From: a virus
Length of the DNA stretch: 64,000 bases
IMG/VR virus record: IMGVR_UViG_3300035670_000181
Coordinates: 2,334-66,333 of that record
Reading direction: 5' to 3' (one strand)
Part shown: positions 50,177 through 61,500 of the stretch, in pieces
Numbering within the stretch: the first letter of the stretch is position 1
Layout: every line of letters starts with the position of its first letter
Program-made: the position numbers and the translations under genes
Notes under the pieces: generated by a model
Database searches by the model: none
What the model saw: the letters and a program-made list of their open reading frames with translations, nothing else
What the model was told of the DNA's origin: nothing

Positions 50177-50425
50177 TTACTTGCTTTCGATTTCAGCAGA
50201 TGCTTCTTTAACCTTTTCAGCAAGCTTATCTTCTACAAACTTATAGACTCGCTCAAAGGCCTCATTAGTGTTCTCGCCGTCACGCTTGTTATCAGTAACT
50301 GCTAAGTCAATCCTTAGCGACTGAAAATTACCCAAATTAAGTGTGTAGCCTAGAGTTACACTAACCTTAGTCTCTTCGTTATTCATACCCATGTACCTTT
50401 CGTACTTTATATTGATTCTCCCCAA
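50177..50425 (-). CDS. Hypothetical protein
   Basis: LGYTLNLGNFQSLRID motif; start probably near 50387. Confidence 0.65.
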   Translation of the reverse strand: MGRINIKYERYMGMNNEETKVSVTLGYTLNLGNFQSLRIDLAVTDNKRDGENTNEAFERVYKFVEDKLAEKVKEASAEIESK

Positions 50426-50946
50426 ACAGGGATAAATCTACCATCTTCGGTTCTAGTATAAGTTAGTATACCACTGCCCATACGCCTTGTCAACTCTTGC
50501 CTAGAAGGAGTAATATCGTTAGTAATTAACTTATCTTTTCTTGGTCTACCCATATGGTAGGAAGCTAGTATATCACGAATCTCATGAACTTGTGACTCTG
50601 AGTAATAGCTTCTTACTTGCCACCCTCTAGCACCACCCTTTTGAGATCCCATTGGTTCTGGTAGTATACCACGCTTCATCAAGTCTGGCAAGTATTTTTT
50701 GTGCCTATTTACTAGCTCTGCTGTTTCACCAACAGTAAATGCCTTTTCTCTATTTCTTTTGAAATCAGAAACTAGACAGCTTTCAATTCTGTCTTTTGTA
50801 ATATTATAAACAGACATAATTCCATTAGATCTATTAAAATGATGAACCCTAACAAGGTCACCATTTAAAAAATATACCTTTTTGCTTCCAGGTATTACTG
50901 GTGCAGAGTTATAGGCTTCTCTATCTAAGGGCTGTCTTACTCCCAA
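50407..50946 (-). CDS. HTH (MerR-like) DNA-binding protein
   Basis: FTVGETAELVNR...GILPEP...YYSE. Confidence 0.6.
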   Translation of the reverse strand: MGVRQPLDREAYNSAPVIPGSKKVYFLNGDLVRVHHFNRSNGIMSVYNITKDRIESCLVSDFKRNREKAFTVGETAELVNRHKKYLPDLMKRGILPEPMGSQKGGARGWQVRSYYSESQVHEIRDILASYHMGRPRKDKLITNDITPSRQELTRRMGSGILTYTRTEDGRFIPVWGESI

Positions 50947-50957
50947 TTTTACCCCAA

Positions 50958-51395
50958 TTATTGGTTAGGAACTCCGACAATTAGCAGATTAACAACAACT
51001 GCAGCAGTTCCTGCTGTATTAAAATTAACCACACCCTCAATTCTGGAAGTGGTAACAGATGTAATCAAAACGGTGGCACCCTCTCCAGATGCAAATCCAG
51101 TTACTCCAACAGGAGTAGCTGTAACTACTGGAGAATACTTAAAGCTATTTCCAGGAATAGAGTAGTAGAATCCCTGAGTATTCTGAGAGGCACTATCCTT
51201 GCTAACATTAACAAGACCAGCAACAATTTTAACTTCTGAAGAAATTAGGTTTTGTGGTCCTGCAGAGTTTGTGTCTACTGTAACATATCCAAACTTTGCT
51301 TGTGACTGAGTAATTGAATTGATAGCACGTGCCATCTTTTCAATATAGCCAACGTCTATCGGTTGTCCTCGTTCTGGTACTGGAATTTCTGCCAT
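50958..51395 (-). CDS. Putative minor tail protein
   Basis: End of the tail module; beta-rich, PVVTAT. Confidence 0.5.
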   Translation of the reverse strand: MAEIPVPERGQPIDVGYIEKMARAINSITQSQAKFGYVTVDTNSAGPQNLISSEVKIVAGLVNVSKDSASQNTQGFYYSIPGNSFKYSPVVTATPVGVTGFASGEGATVLITSVTTSRIEGVVNFNTAGTAAVVVNLLIVGVPNQ

Positions 51396-51415
51396 AGTAT
51401 CTCCTATTATATCAC

Positions 51416-51871
51416 TTAAACTGTAATTGGATCTGATGTTTGAACAATAAACGCTTCATCAATTTTTTGCCTTGGTGAGGTGATGTACTGTATCCAAACC
51501 CAGACTTGGTTAATTGCGTCTGGAATTTCTGCAGAAGCTGTATTGGTATAAGACCTTGTAAGGTACGTCCAAGGGATAGTTGGAGTGCCACCCTGCCCCC
51601 ATTGAAGATAAATATCTACTGTATCAGCATTATATCTTTCAGGAATGTACCAAGTAATTGAGACAAACCTATTAACCTTTTCAGCGTCAACAAATGGCAT
51701 ATCTCCAGGAACATCGTCTGGACCTAAAAATGGTACAAAATATTGTGGTGACCAATGAGATAGCTGACTCTTATCTTCAGAGACTATTCTATACCTTAAG
51801 ACATAACCCTTTTCATTAGCATCAATTGGTGGCAAGTCTTCTGGCTTAATGATAATCTTTTTGTTGGCCAC
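51416..51871 (-). CDS. Putative minor tail protein (FN3-like)
   Basis: RYRIVSED....SHWSP; position in the tail module. Confidence 0.5.
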   Translation of the reverse strand: MANKKIIIKPEDLPPIDANEKGYVLRYRIVSEDKSQLSHWSPQYFVPFLGPDDVPGDMPFVDAEKVNRFVSITWYIPERYNADTVDIYLQWGQGGTPTIPWTYLTRSYTNTASAEIPDAINQVWVWIQYITSPRQKIDEAFIVQTSDPITV

Positions 51872-53049
51872 TAAATCACATCCAGGGCAAATCTAAATTC
51901 TGCTAAGTTTGTGGTGTTTGGCTCTTTTACAATTGGTAAAGCGTTTGCCGTTTGAATAACTGTATACCCAGTCATCCCATAAAGTGCGTTTCTTCCAATA
52001 GCATCACGCTCTAGTCTAATTGAATCAAGGCATACATAAAAATCTTCAGAGACAACATCATCAACATAGACAGTAGCATATACCTTGACAAGCCTAACAT
52101 CTCCCCAGTCAAAGCCAGCACTCTTATATAGCCCCTGGAGCTGCTTTGATACAATAGCATATCTATTTTCTGCCCAAGGATGCGTTCCGTTAGCATGATC
52201 TAAAACGCCATTCTCTAAAACAATTTCAAATCTTGCAAAGTCAACCGATGCCTCAGTCTCTGATGACGCAAACTCAATCAATAAAACAACTTTTGATGGA
52301 TCAGCTGGCTTATCTGCTACAAGCTCCCCCCATCTATTTACTACTGAAAATGCTACCCTAAGCTCATCAGATGGAGAGTTTTTGTCTAGGTTTAATGCAA
52401 TTCCAGTTAAGTGAATATGGTCATTACCAGTAATTAAGATATGTCCATCATTGGTTAATGGAGGCACAAGCTCGGATACATCACCACGCAATGCAATAAT
52501 TCTATTTAAAAACCTGCAACGTTCGCTTCTTTCAACTCTAAAGTCATTATCAAAAAATGAATTATCTGCGTTAGATTGGAATACGTTTGGCACAGATGTG
52601 TCCATTGAGTTGTCATCATTATTAGCATCTAGTGCTTCATTTTTAGATGTGATGGATGTTGCAGAAGCAGCTGAGTGAAATTCCCAGTTTTCGTTAGAAG
52701 TAAAAGAGTATAGAGATCTACTGTCTGTAGAAGCTGCAGAAGGATCCGATCCAGCAGAAAAAATTCCAACCTCAGTAATTTCATATCTTTCCTCTGTTGG
52801 CAATTCTGCTGTTAAAACTATTTCAGAAGTACCAGCATCGTTGGTTACGATACCCCTAGAAATAATTGGGACACGAAACATCTCAAAGTCTAGAGATTGC
52901 TTGGTAGCAAATGAATCTATCTCCTGCTGGGTAAAGTCAGTAGTTGAGTGAGCAGTTGCACCACAACCAAATGCCATGTACGAAGCGTATGCTGGGGCAT
53001 GCCCAATAAGGTATTTACCTAAAATCCTCTTGCCATCATCAGTAATCAT
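51871..53049 (-). CDS. Putative minor tail/baseplate protein
   Basis: MIT..GK...AFG.G, L.FE.FR, ITEVGIF. Confidence 0.6.
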   Translation of the reverse strand: MITDDGKRILGKYLIGHAPAYASYMAFGCGATAHSTTDFTQQEIDSFATKQSLDFEMFRVPIISRGIVTNDAGTSEIVLTAELPTEERYEITEVGIFSAGSDPSAASTDSRSLYSFTSNENWEFHSAASATSITSKNEALDANNDDNSMDTSVPNVFQSNADNSFFDNDFRVERSERCRFLNRIIALRGDVSELVPPLTNDGHILITGNDHIHLTGIALNLDKNSPSDELRVAFSVVNRWGELVADKPADPSKVVLLIEFASSETEASVDFARFEIVLENGVLDHANGTHPWAENRYAIVSKQLQGLYKSAGFDWGDVRLVKVYATVYVDDVVSEDFYVCLDSIRLERDAIGRNALYGMTGYTVIQTANALPIVKEPNTTNLAEFRFALDVI

Positions 53050-53057
53050 AATTTTCC

Positions 53058-53534
53058 TCAGTATATTGTATCATCCAGAATTGATCCAGCAGATAAAATT
53101 TGAACCTCTACCTGTTTTCCAGCTGGAATATCAGAAACTTCTATTACGACACTCCTGGATGCTTTATCATAATAAACGCTTGCCTCATTTAAGGCCACAT
53201 AGTCTTCCATCTTTATTGGAAATGAAGCAAAGTATTTATCTGCCGAACCCTGTAAAGAAGTAATGTTTAGTGGATTATTTTGTAAGAAAACAGACTTTGT
53301 GTTTTTTATTGGACTATATACCACATTCTGACCATCAATAAGGTCATGTCTTGTAATAGAAATAATCTCCTGGCCAGCTATTTCTTCAAATATCAATTCA
53401 TTTGTTAATGCTAAGGGCAGCTCAGAGTCATCATACAGAATCAGATCTGGACTAGCAACCTTTACGGCATTCTTAACATAAGAGTTTAGTGGTACAGCAT
53501 TAGATGGAATATTAGGTGTTGCATTAACTGCCAT
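53058..53534 (-). CDS. Putative tail protein
   Basis: Position and translational coupling in the tail module. Confidence 0.5.
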   Translation of the reverse strand: MAVNATPNIPSNAVPLNSYVKNAVKVASPDLILYDDSELPLALTNELIFEEIAGQEIISITRHDLIDGQNVVYSPIKNTKSVFLQNNPLNITSLQGSADKYFASFPIKMEDYVALNEASVYYDKASRSVVIEVSDIPAGKQVEVQILSAGSILDDTIY

Positions 53535-56500
53535 TATGATACCTCACTTAAATACAGTGTCATGGATGGTCCCTCAGCAGACCTAACATATTCAATGTTA
53601 TACACAATAAATCTAGATCCGTCAAGACCAATCTGATTAATATTATCAGATGACTTATAGGAAAACTCTACAATATCACCAAGCTGAATTGCTGGGTTTG
53701 CAAAAATTGATACACCAACAGATTTCCTTGGCTTCATTATCTTGGAAACAAGCCATCCCATTAACCTGTTTGCTTCATCATAATTTTGTATGTATGGAGA
53801 GCTAATAGAGAACTCGTTTCTGCCATAAGTAATTCTGCTAAACTTAATGTCTTCATAGTTTTGCTTATTGGTAATGGCACCAGTAATGGTTTTATCTAGT
53901 GCAAACTGTGAAGATATAAGATCACTATTCTTTACAAAATAGTCATCTACCGACAATTCATCTGTTGATCCTTGAGTAAAGGTAATTCCCTGAATACGTA
54001 AATAGTTTGAACTTGATGAATCAAGCTGCAAGATATTGTCAGTTGCATTAAATACCAAGAACTCTGCAGTATAGGCTCCTGCTGTAAATCCAGCTACGGT
54101 GTACCCCTTAACCCTGTCCAGCACTGGCAACAACCTCGCATTAAGAGCAGGATAGGCCTTTTCATAACGTGCCTTAATGTATGCTGCCTCACGCATTAGC
54201 GTTCCGAACTCTTCATAATAAATCTTGTATTCTGGTGGTTGTGATGAGCTAACGCTAGATAGATATGTTGACTGTACAATACCACTTAAAGCATATTTTC
54301 TGAATGCCTCATTAGCATTTATTTCGCTATCTTCAAATGTTGATCCAATAGGAAGACCAAGCTGTGCAGTAGTATTCTGACTATAGTTTAGGGTTAGGGC
54401 ATAAGCATTTTCAAAAAATACTGTAGATGTTCCTCGTACAAATAATGCCATATTATTATAAATATCTAGTGGGCTTTCATCATCAACAACGCCAACAATC
54501 TTATCATTTAGGAATAGGTAGAATCTGCGTGTAGTTCCTATGTTTTGGTACTCAATTGCAATATCGTGAACACTTTGAGAGTTAGCACCAACTAGCCTCT
54601 GCTGACCATCAAACAATCCATTATCAACCAAAATTGCTGCGTTTGCACCCCATAGCTTAATTGGTACTGCGGTATCTTTTGCAGAATTTTTCTTTATTTT
54701 ATAAAACACTAAATTATTTAAGCTATCAGACCCTTCAAGACCTGTATCAGAAAGTGCAATAACCTCAAAATAATATCCAGCATTTGTATCTGGATTTACC
54801 ATAATTCCAAGGCCCCCAGACCCTCCACCTATATTTACATTCTGATCTGGACTATCATTTGGCACAGTAACATAAGACATAATTCCATCTGGTATTTGAG
54901 TTCTATTTTCATTATTGACAATCTTTCCAGCTACCCTCAGCCTGGTACCAAAATGCTTAAATGAATTATTTAATGGCTTATACATATAAGATATAAAGTT
55001 TACTGGAGACTCAGTTACAGAAAGCGATGGGCCAGTTAATACTAGAGCAGATGCCTGGCTACCACCACGAGAGCTATACTCCTGCAAAGCATCTGCATCA
55101 GACCTAAAATATGTTGCTAAAAAGTTTTTAATTTTACCTGTATGAGTTAATCTTTTAGCAACGTCAGACCTAACCCCTGCCTTTCCATCCGTCACAGATG
55201 GAACTACGATATTTCCAGAATTGTCACTAATATACCTAAATAGATATTGAGACTCCATCTCACAGCTTCTTGCATATTTATTGTCTGACCAGGTTGGGCT
55301 TAGTCCAGCATAATGATAGACTATCTCAGTTCCAAATTGTCCACGACCGTGCTTAGCTACTGGACCATTTTGTAATCTTGATATTCCATTAACAGTCTCG
55401 TAGTTTGGCTCAGAGTAAATTCTTATTAATCCTGTTGGATATATTTTTCCATTAAATGGAAGCTTAGAAACATAGTACTGATATTCCTGATTAGTAGATA
55501 TCCAAACATTAGACTCTTCTAAATCACTCACAGTAATCGAAAATTCTTGTGCATCGTATCTAACGACTTCACCGTTTGCATAGAAATATCCAGAGAATCT
55601 GCTTAAGTAGTAAATGCCTTCTCCAAAATCTATAGTGTTATTAATTACTTCGTGGTTTTCTACGTATGGAACATCATCATATAAATCAGAGTTTAGTGGA
55701 ATTGCAGACAAAGAGTATGCAGATGAATCAGAAACTTCATTATTTACTGTTTTTATTTTTTGAGTTGGAGAAATTTCCCACACAATAGATGGCTTATAAA
55801 CCCAAGTTCTGTTAGACTCCAGGAGGCTGGCCTGCTTTATTGTTCTTTGAGTTCTTTGAATTGCCCTAGTCGTATAGGCAATAGATCCATCATTATATAC
55901 CTTATTCTCTTGTGAAGATACTTCTACAATATTTGCTAGTGGCTGGTTAGCACTCTTATTAGTATATCCGCCATCTTTACTAAAGTCTGTAGATCCATAT
56001 AGAATGATATCTGTATCTCTATCATCAACAGATGGCATCATGTAGTCTTTGCTCATTATAACAAAATTGTTATATTCGTCAAAAAACATTGCAGATTGTG
56101 TAGAAATAGCCAAGTTTTGTAAAACTTCTGCTACTGTAGTTTCTGGCTCAACAAAAAAGTTATCAATAATTGACTCATCTTCTTCTGGCAATCTTTTAAA
56201 AACATAATTAGTAAATCCAATATTATCTAGTAGTATTGATATTGCAGAGCTTAAAGATACATCTCTTAGGAATAACTGTGGGGCTGTAGAAGTTTCTAGA
56301 TAAAAGAAAAGATCTCTCAGCTCCATATTAACAGTACGCTCATTTGAATCTACAACTGGGAATCCCTCAGAATATAGAACCTTAATTGGCAAATAGTAGC
56401 TATCTGAATTAACATCATTAATAATTTCAAACAGCTTAATTTGAATATACTGACTTAAATATTTGCTGATAATACTGTCAGTATTGTTTATGTTAAATGC

Positions 56501-57955
56501 CTGGTCATAATCAAAAAAGGATATTGATCCAGTTGATGCTAGAAGCTGTCCCACTGGAAGACCGCTAACGCCAAGATCTGACGCTGTCTTACTTACTGAA
56601 AACTCTAGAACTTTATCTGATAGGTCTGCTACTAGCCTAGGTGACATCTCAATAAGATCAAATGTAGATTCTGCCTTATTCATTGACTCAGCAACAATTC
56701 TAATTCCATCTATATATTTAAACTCACTAAATATTTGCTTATTATCTATTGTCCTGAGATAAGAAATTGGATCAGTTAAATCAGTAACAAAGTTGCTAAT
56801 GTTATTTACTGGATCTTCTACTAAATGCCAATCAAAATCTGGGATAAAGGTATCATACCCATTCTTAGAACTAATCCAAATGTGGTAGACTCCCTGATCA
56901 GCATCGCTTGATTTTAACCAATAGGCAAAACCATTTCCAGCAGTTTCTGGTAATTCGTTAACAGACCTTACTGTCTTTTGATAGCTAAAAATATTACGAT
57001 ATTCAAAAGGAACTGATAGCCCATATGCAATTTCTACATAGCCATCACTGCCAACTATTGGCGTTCCATCAGACTTTGTAGAGTTATTGTCAAACACAAT
57101 TGCATCATTCCAGGCAACGCCATCTAGATACTGAATTCTCCAGCGGATTGGGGTTGTTTGGTTTGAATATCCATAAAATGGATCATCATATTGGCCTGAC
57201 TCATTGTTAAAGGGTCCAAGGTCAATGCTACCAACATTGGTTTGCATTTTTACAATTATTCTATTGGCAGGCACAGAATCTTTATATACAACAAATGGCG
57301 AAGCATCATCAATCAAATAAGATCCATCAAAACGCTTATTAGCAATTCCTCTTTCAATTGCTGGATCTGCTGTCCCAGAAATAGTTGCACCAGTTACCTC
57401 ATCGTATATCTCTGGTCTTGGACTATATAGGTTTATAGAGTCATACCGATACATTGGCTCTGTTCTATAAGATGTCCAATACTTAAACTTATCGTTTTTA
57501 TGTGGCATGTAGTATCTAGGCCTACTTGCCATAGACGTATTGGCATAGTGAATAAAATTATTGCTAAAGAATCTTAGCTTGTTTACCCCAGACCTTGGTC
57601 TAAATTTATATAAACAATCTTCTAGCGAATATAGCAGCTTTTCTTTTTCTTTTTTAGACTTAAAAATTGCTGGAACTTTGTTATCTGTATCATCTTCGTT
57701 ATACTCATATCCACCATCTATAACTACGCTGGCATCAGTGGCATCAGTATAAAAGTACCCCTCATCATTAATATCAAAGCTATTTACCAATGTTCCATAA
57801 ATAGACTCTACACCATCTGCTGGTCTATACCTATAATTACCAACCATTAAAATATTATCTGCAATGTTCATATTCCATTCAGCAATTACAGCAGACTGAA
57901 GCTTAATTACGCTAGATGTTTCAAAGTGATTTTTTAGTTCAGTAGACTGAAACAT
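53534..57955 (-). CDS. Large minor tail protein (hub/Tal-like)
   Basis: 1473 aa, second gene after the tape measure; C-terminal NP.IQLGDIV pattern. Confidence 0.65.
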   Translation of the reverse strand: MFQSTELKNHFETSSVIKLQSAVIAEWNMNIADNILMVGNYRYRPADGVESIYGTLVNSFDINDEGYFYTDATDASVVIDGGYEYNEDDTDNKVPAIFKSKKEKEKLLYSLEDCLYKFRPRSGVNKLRFFSNNFIHYANTSMASRPRYYMPHKNDKFKYWTSYRTEPMYRYDSINLYSPRPEIYDEVTGATISGTADPAIERGIANKRFDGSYLIDDASPFVVYKDSVPANRIIVKMQTNVGSIDLGPFNNESGQYDDPFYGYSNQTTPIRWRIQYLDGVAWNDAIVFDNNSTKSDGTPIVGSDGYVEIAYGLSVPFEYRNIFSYQKTVRSVNELPETAGNGFAYWLKSSDADQGVYHIWISSKNGYDTFIPDFDWHLVEDPVNNISNFVTDLTDPISYLRTIDNKQIFSEFKYIDGIRIVAESMNKAESTFDLIEMSPRLVADLSDKVLEFSVSKTASDLGVSGLPVGQLLASTGSISFFDYDQAFNINNTDSIISKYLSQYIQIKLFEIINDVNSDSYYLPIKVLYSEGFPVVDSNERTVNMELRDLFFYLETSTAPQLFLRDVSLSSAISILLDNIGFTNYVFKRLPEEDESIIDNFFVEPETTVAEVLQNLAISTQSAMFFDEYNNFVIMSKDYMMPSVDDRDTDIILYGSTDFSKDGGYTNKSANQPLANIVEVSSQENKVYNDGSIAYTTRAIQRTQRTIKQASLLESNRTWVYKPSIVWEISPTQKIKTVNNEVSDSSAYSLSAIPLNSDLYDDVPYVENHEVINNTIDFGEGIYYLSRFSGYFYANGEVVRYDAQEFSITVSDLEESNVWISTNQEYQYYVSKLPFNGKIYPTGLIRIYSEPNYETVNGISRLQNGPVAKHGRGQFGTEIVYHYAGLSPTWSDNKYARSCEMESQYLFRYISDNSGNIVVPSVTDGKAGVRSDVAKRLTHTGKIKNFLATYFRSDADALQEYSSRGGSQASALVLTGPSLSVTESPVNFISYMYKPLNNSFKHFGTRLRVAGKIVNNENRTQIPDGIMSYVTVPNDSPDQNVNIGGGSGGLGIMVNPDTNAGYYFEVIALSDTGLEGSDSLNNLVFYKIKKNSAKDTAVPIKLWGANAAILVDNGLFDGQQRLVGANSQSVHDIAIEYQNIGTTRRFYLFLNDKIVGVVDDESPLDIYNNMALFVRGTSTVFFENAYALTLNYSQNTTAQLGLPIGSTFEDSEINANEAFRKYALSGIVQSTYLSSVSSSQPPEYKIYYEEFGTLMREAAYIKARYEKAYPALNARLLPVLDRVKGYTVAGFTAGAYTAEFLVFNATDNILQLDSSSSNYLRIQGITFTQGSTDELSVDDYFVKNSDLISSQFALDKTITGAITNKQNYEDIKFSRITYGRNEFSISSPYIQNYDEANRLMGWLVSKIMKPRKSVGVSIFANPAIQLGDIVEFSYKSSDNINQIGLDGSRFIVYNIEYVRSAEGPSMTLYLSEVS

Positions 57956-57956
57956 T

Positions 57957-58592
57957 CTACACCTCTTCCAGGCTGACCTCTATATCCCAGAAGTCAAATG
58001 TGGAGGTGCCACGACTAACAACGTTATATTGAAAGTCTGAGAAAAATACCTCTATGACTTCATTATACTTATTCATATTGTTATATTGGTTGTCTCCAGA
58101 AAAGTTAGAGTAGTTGTCATATGCCAAGAATAACCAAAATGAACCTGGATTGTTATTGTACCAATTTAGCATTTCTACACCACCTGCACCACCATCTGAG
58201 GTGTGCTTTGTTAGCGATGAATTAGCTACCCCAGCAGCGTTAAAATCTGGAGATCCAGAAAATGATCTAGATGGCAACTTCTTCCATCCTGTAGAGATAT
58301 TCTTTTTATCAGCGATATGGAAAGAACGCATTCTTCCGTTAATCATTCTTTTCTTGGTTTCAATTCTTTGTGGTTGAATAGATATTGGATCACGATTATC
58401 ATCAGATAAAATTATAAAGTCTCCTAGGCCTGTTGCTTGACTTACTTCAACGCCATCTGGGATATAGAACTGCTCAACCAAACCTGTTGTCTGGTTTAGC
58501 TCTTCAACAACCCTGCCTGGGTTATTAGACCATAGCATGGCCTGTGGCCTGCCATACTGCTTTCTTCCAGTAACATATCCAAGTGTTGCCAT
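57957..58592 (-). CDS. Distal-tail-like protein
   Basis: First gene after the tape measure; RMINGRMRS, terminal LEEV. Confidence 0.6.
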   Translation of the reverse strand: MATLGYVTGRKQYGRPQAMLWSNNPGRVVEELNQTTGLVEQFYIPDGVEVSQATGLGDFIILSDDNRDPISIQPQRIETKKRMINGRMRSFHIADKKNISTGWKKLPSRSFSGSPDFNAAGVANSSLTKHTSDGGAGGVEMLNWYNNNPGSFWLFLAYDNYSNFSGDNQYNNMNKYNEVIEVFFSDFQYNVVSRGTSTFDFWDIEVSLEEV

Positions 58593-61500
58593 TATAGCCT
58601 ATTGCCCCTTATTCTTTGAGAATCTATCTGTCTAATCTGAGAAATCACTGTTCTTGCAATCTCATCAGCATTTGCATTAGACTTAACATTTACATTAATG
58701 TCATAATTATACACTGAATCTCCAGAGTATGAGCCAGAATTGATAGCCTTTAGCTTATCAACACCAAAATTATCTACAGCATACTTTCTTATTACAAACT
58801 CTCCAGGAGTTAGCATCGCAGGCACCGTATCCGTACCCATAGCAAATCCACCAACATTAAAGTACTTTGGCTTTACCATGCCACCCATAGCATATCCTGC
58901 TGGCTTGATAGTTCCAGTCATATTTGGAGTCCCACCAAGCTTCTTAATTTCCGTAATCCTATCAACGTTCATATCCATTAAAGCGTCTTTAACGGTTGCA
59001 GAAAGCTTTTCATTCTGAACTCTCCAACGACTTATTTGTACCAATCTATTAAGCTCATCAATTTTTGCTTGATTTGGATTAGTTGTTTTGCCATCATTTG
59101 GATTGCTAACAACAATTGGGTCTGGAACAGTCTGCTGCTGAGAGTTTTCAGTTAACCACTTCTTATATGCTGCTGGATCAAACTTAAAACCTGCAAACTT
59201 TCCTTCTGCATCTAATATTTCTGTAAATCCTGGCAAAGCCTTTAGAGTATCCTTGATTGACTTACCAAATGCATCTGACTGAACAACTGCCAGCCTTGCA
59301 GCATTTTCAATATTTTCCCATTCAGTCTTAGTCTTACCAAGATATCCCTCTTTGCCAATAGCCTCTAGTGCAACATCTCTAGCTGCTTCAGCCAAGTCTA
59401 GAGAACGTTGTGCTGGCTCAAGCTTTTCTTCTTCAAGCTTAACAATATTGGTTTGTAAGTCTGATATTTGCTTTTCTAGGTCAAGCCTGCTCTTGCCATT
59501 GGTAGCCCTTACACCAGCAATTTCTGTCTCACGAGATTTCTCTATAATCTTCTTCTGAGTTTCTCTTGCCTGCTCAGCACGTCTTCTTTGATCTTCTTGT
59601 GCTGCTCTTGCTGCACCAGCAATATCACCCTGAGCAAGAGCATTGACAATATCTAGCTGAGACTTTTGCTGCTCTTCGATTGACCTGTTTGCATTAAACA
59701 CAGCATCAAGAGCTTCAAGCCTCTTGTCATACTTCTCATTAATCTTATCTTCCTTAGAAGCAATTCCATCAAGCAGGTACTCTAAGTCATCAATCTGATA
59801 CTCATAAGTTGCAATGCTTGCTGCTGCACTATCTATATCAGACTGTAGCTGCTTCATATTGTACTTAGAGGCATTTCTACCACTTGTGTTTGTGCCTTGG
59901 CCAAAGTCTTGCTCTATGACTGCTTCTTGAGCTGCAAAATATTCATTTACCTGCCCAATTGCAGAGCTAACTTCATTAAGCTGGTCACCAAGCCACTCCT
60001 GAACACCTTGTGGGGTAGACAGCTGAAGGTTCTTTTGTGCAATCTCAAGAGCCTTAAAGTTATGAACCAAAATAGCGACTTCCTCGCTAGTTGCTGCAGT
60101 TGCAATTGCATATGCAAGCTGAGAGTCTTGTGCAATTTTTGAAGCATCACTTACAGATAATCCAGCACCAACCAATCTATTCATTGCAGTCATTTGCTTA
60201 TTTATGTCTGCAATATCAGCCACAAGAGAGAACTGATAATCTCCAAGTGCTAGCTCAGAAAGCATTGCCTTGAGAAGCTCACCCTTTTCTGTTACCTTAA
60301 CCATTCCGTTCTTGATTGAAATAAAGTTTGCCCTGGTCTCCTCATCCATAGACATAACAGTTTCAATAAACTCTCTGTTATACCCAGCAGCCAGCAGCTT
60401 TTGGTCAACGCCTCTAAATAGGTTTGTTGTCGCAGTACCAAACTTACTTTCAGTAACAGATCCACCCTTAAGAACCTTTAAGAATTCTGCCACCCCACCC
60501 TTAGCATTAATAGCTGCATTTCTAATTCTCTTTAACCTATTGAGAAGGTCCTCAAATGGATCTGTCTTTGTGCCACCACCATCATCGCCACCGTTGGTTT
60601 GCTGATTAAGCAGATCATTCAGGCCCTGAATATTGGTAACTTGGCCCCCAAGAAATGCAAGATACTTATCAAATGATGGCTTTACTGTTTCAAAAGTTGG
60701 GACACCCCTATTTCTATCATATCCAGTTGCCTTTCTTTTAGTATTTTCAGCTGCCCATGTTTCGTAAGATGGTAGGGCACCCTCTCCTGCAACTGAAAGA
60801 GTTGCAATAGTCTGCAAATATGTTACTTGTTGGACTGGATCAAGCTTTTCGAAATACTCTTGGTCTGCCTTTAGGGCAGCCATTGTTGCATCACCAAGTT
60901 GAGTAGTTTTCTGAACATACTCAATTGTCATTGGCTTTGTAGTGTCAAGCTTTGAAATTTCATCCAATTGACGCAATAATTCTGTTGACTTTTTCTCGTC
61001 TTCAAAAATTGTTGAAAGTACTAGAGTGGTATCTACAACCCATCCAAGCTTAGATGCTTGAATAAACATATCTAGATAGCTTTCTGCATCACCAAGCTTC
61101 ATTGTGCTAATCTTTGCAATAAAGCTAGCCTGCATCTTCTTTATTGGCTTGCCATCTTTATCTACAAATAGCCCTGCAACCTGAGTTATCTTGTCTGTTT
61201 GGGCTGCACCAAACTTTGTGACCATATTCAAAATTGCAGTAGTATCAGTATCCCCACTTGCTAAAAGATCTGTAATTGTTTTAAAGCTAGACTGGGAAAT
61301 CTGTCCTGCATCAAATAGAGCCTTTATTGTAAAGCCACCCTTAGTCTTACCAAGACCTAGCCCATCTACAGTAATTTCATCAAATTTTTCTAATAATGTC
61401 TTTGCATTCTTATACTCTTCACTATCTTTTTCGAATCCAGAAAGAATAGAGGTATTTTGGCTTAGTCTCAAGTCTTCTATAGTTGTTAAAGGATCTTTAT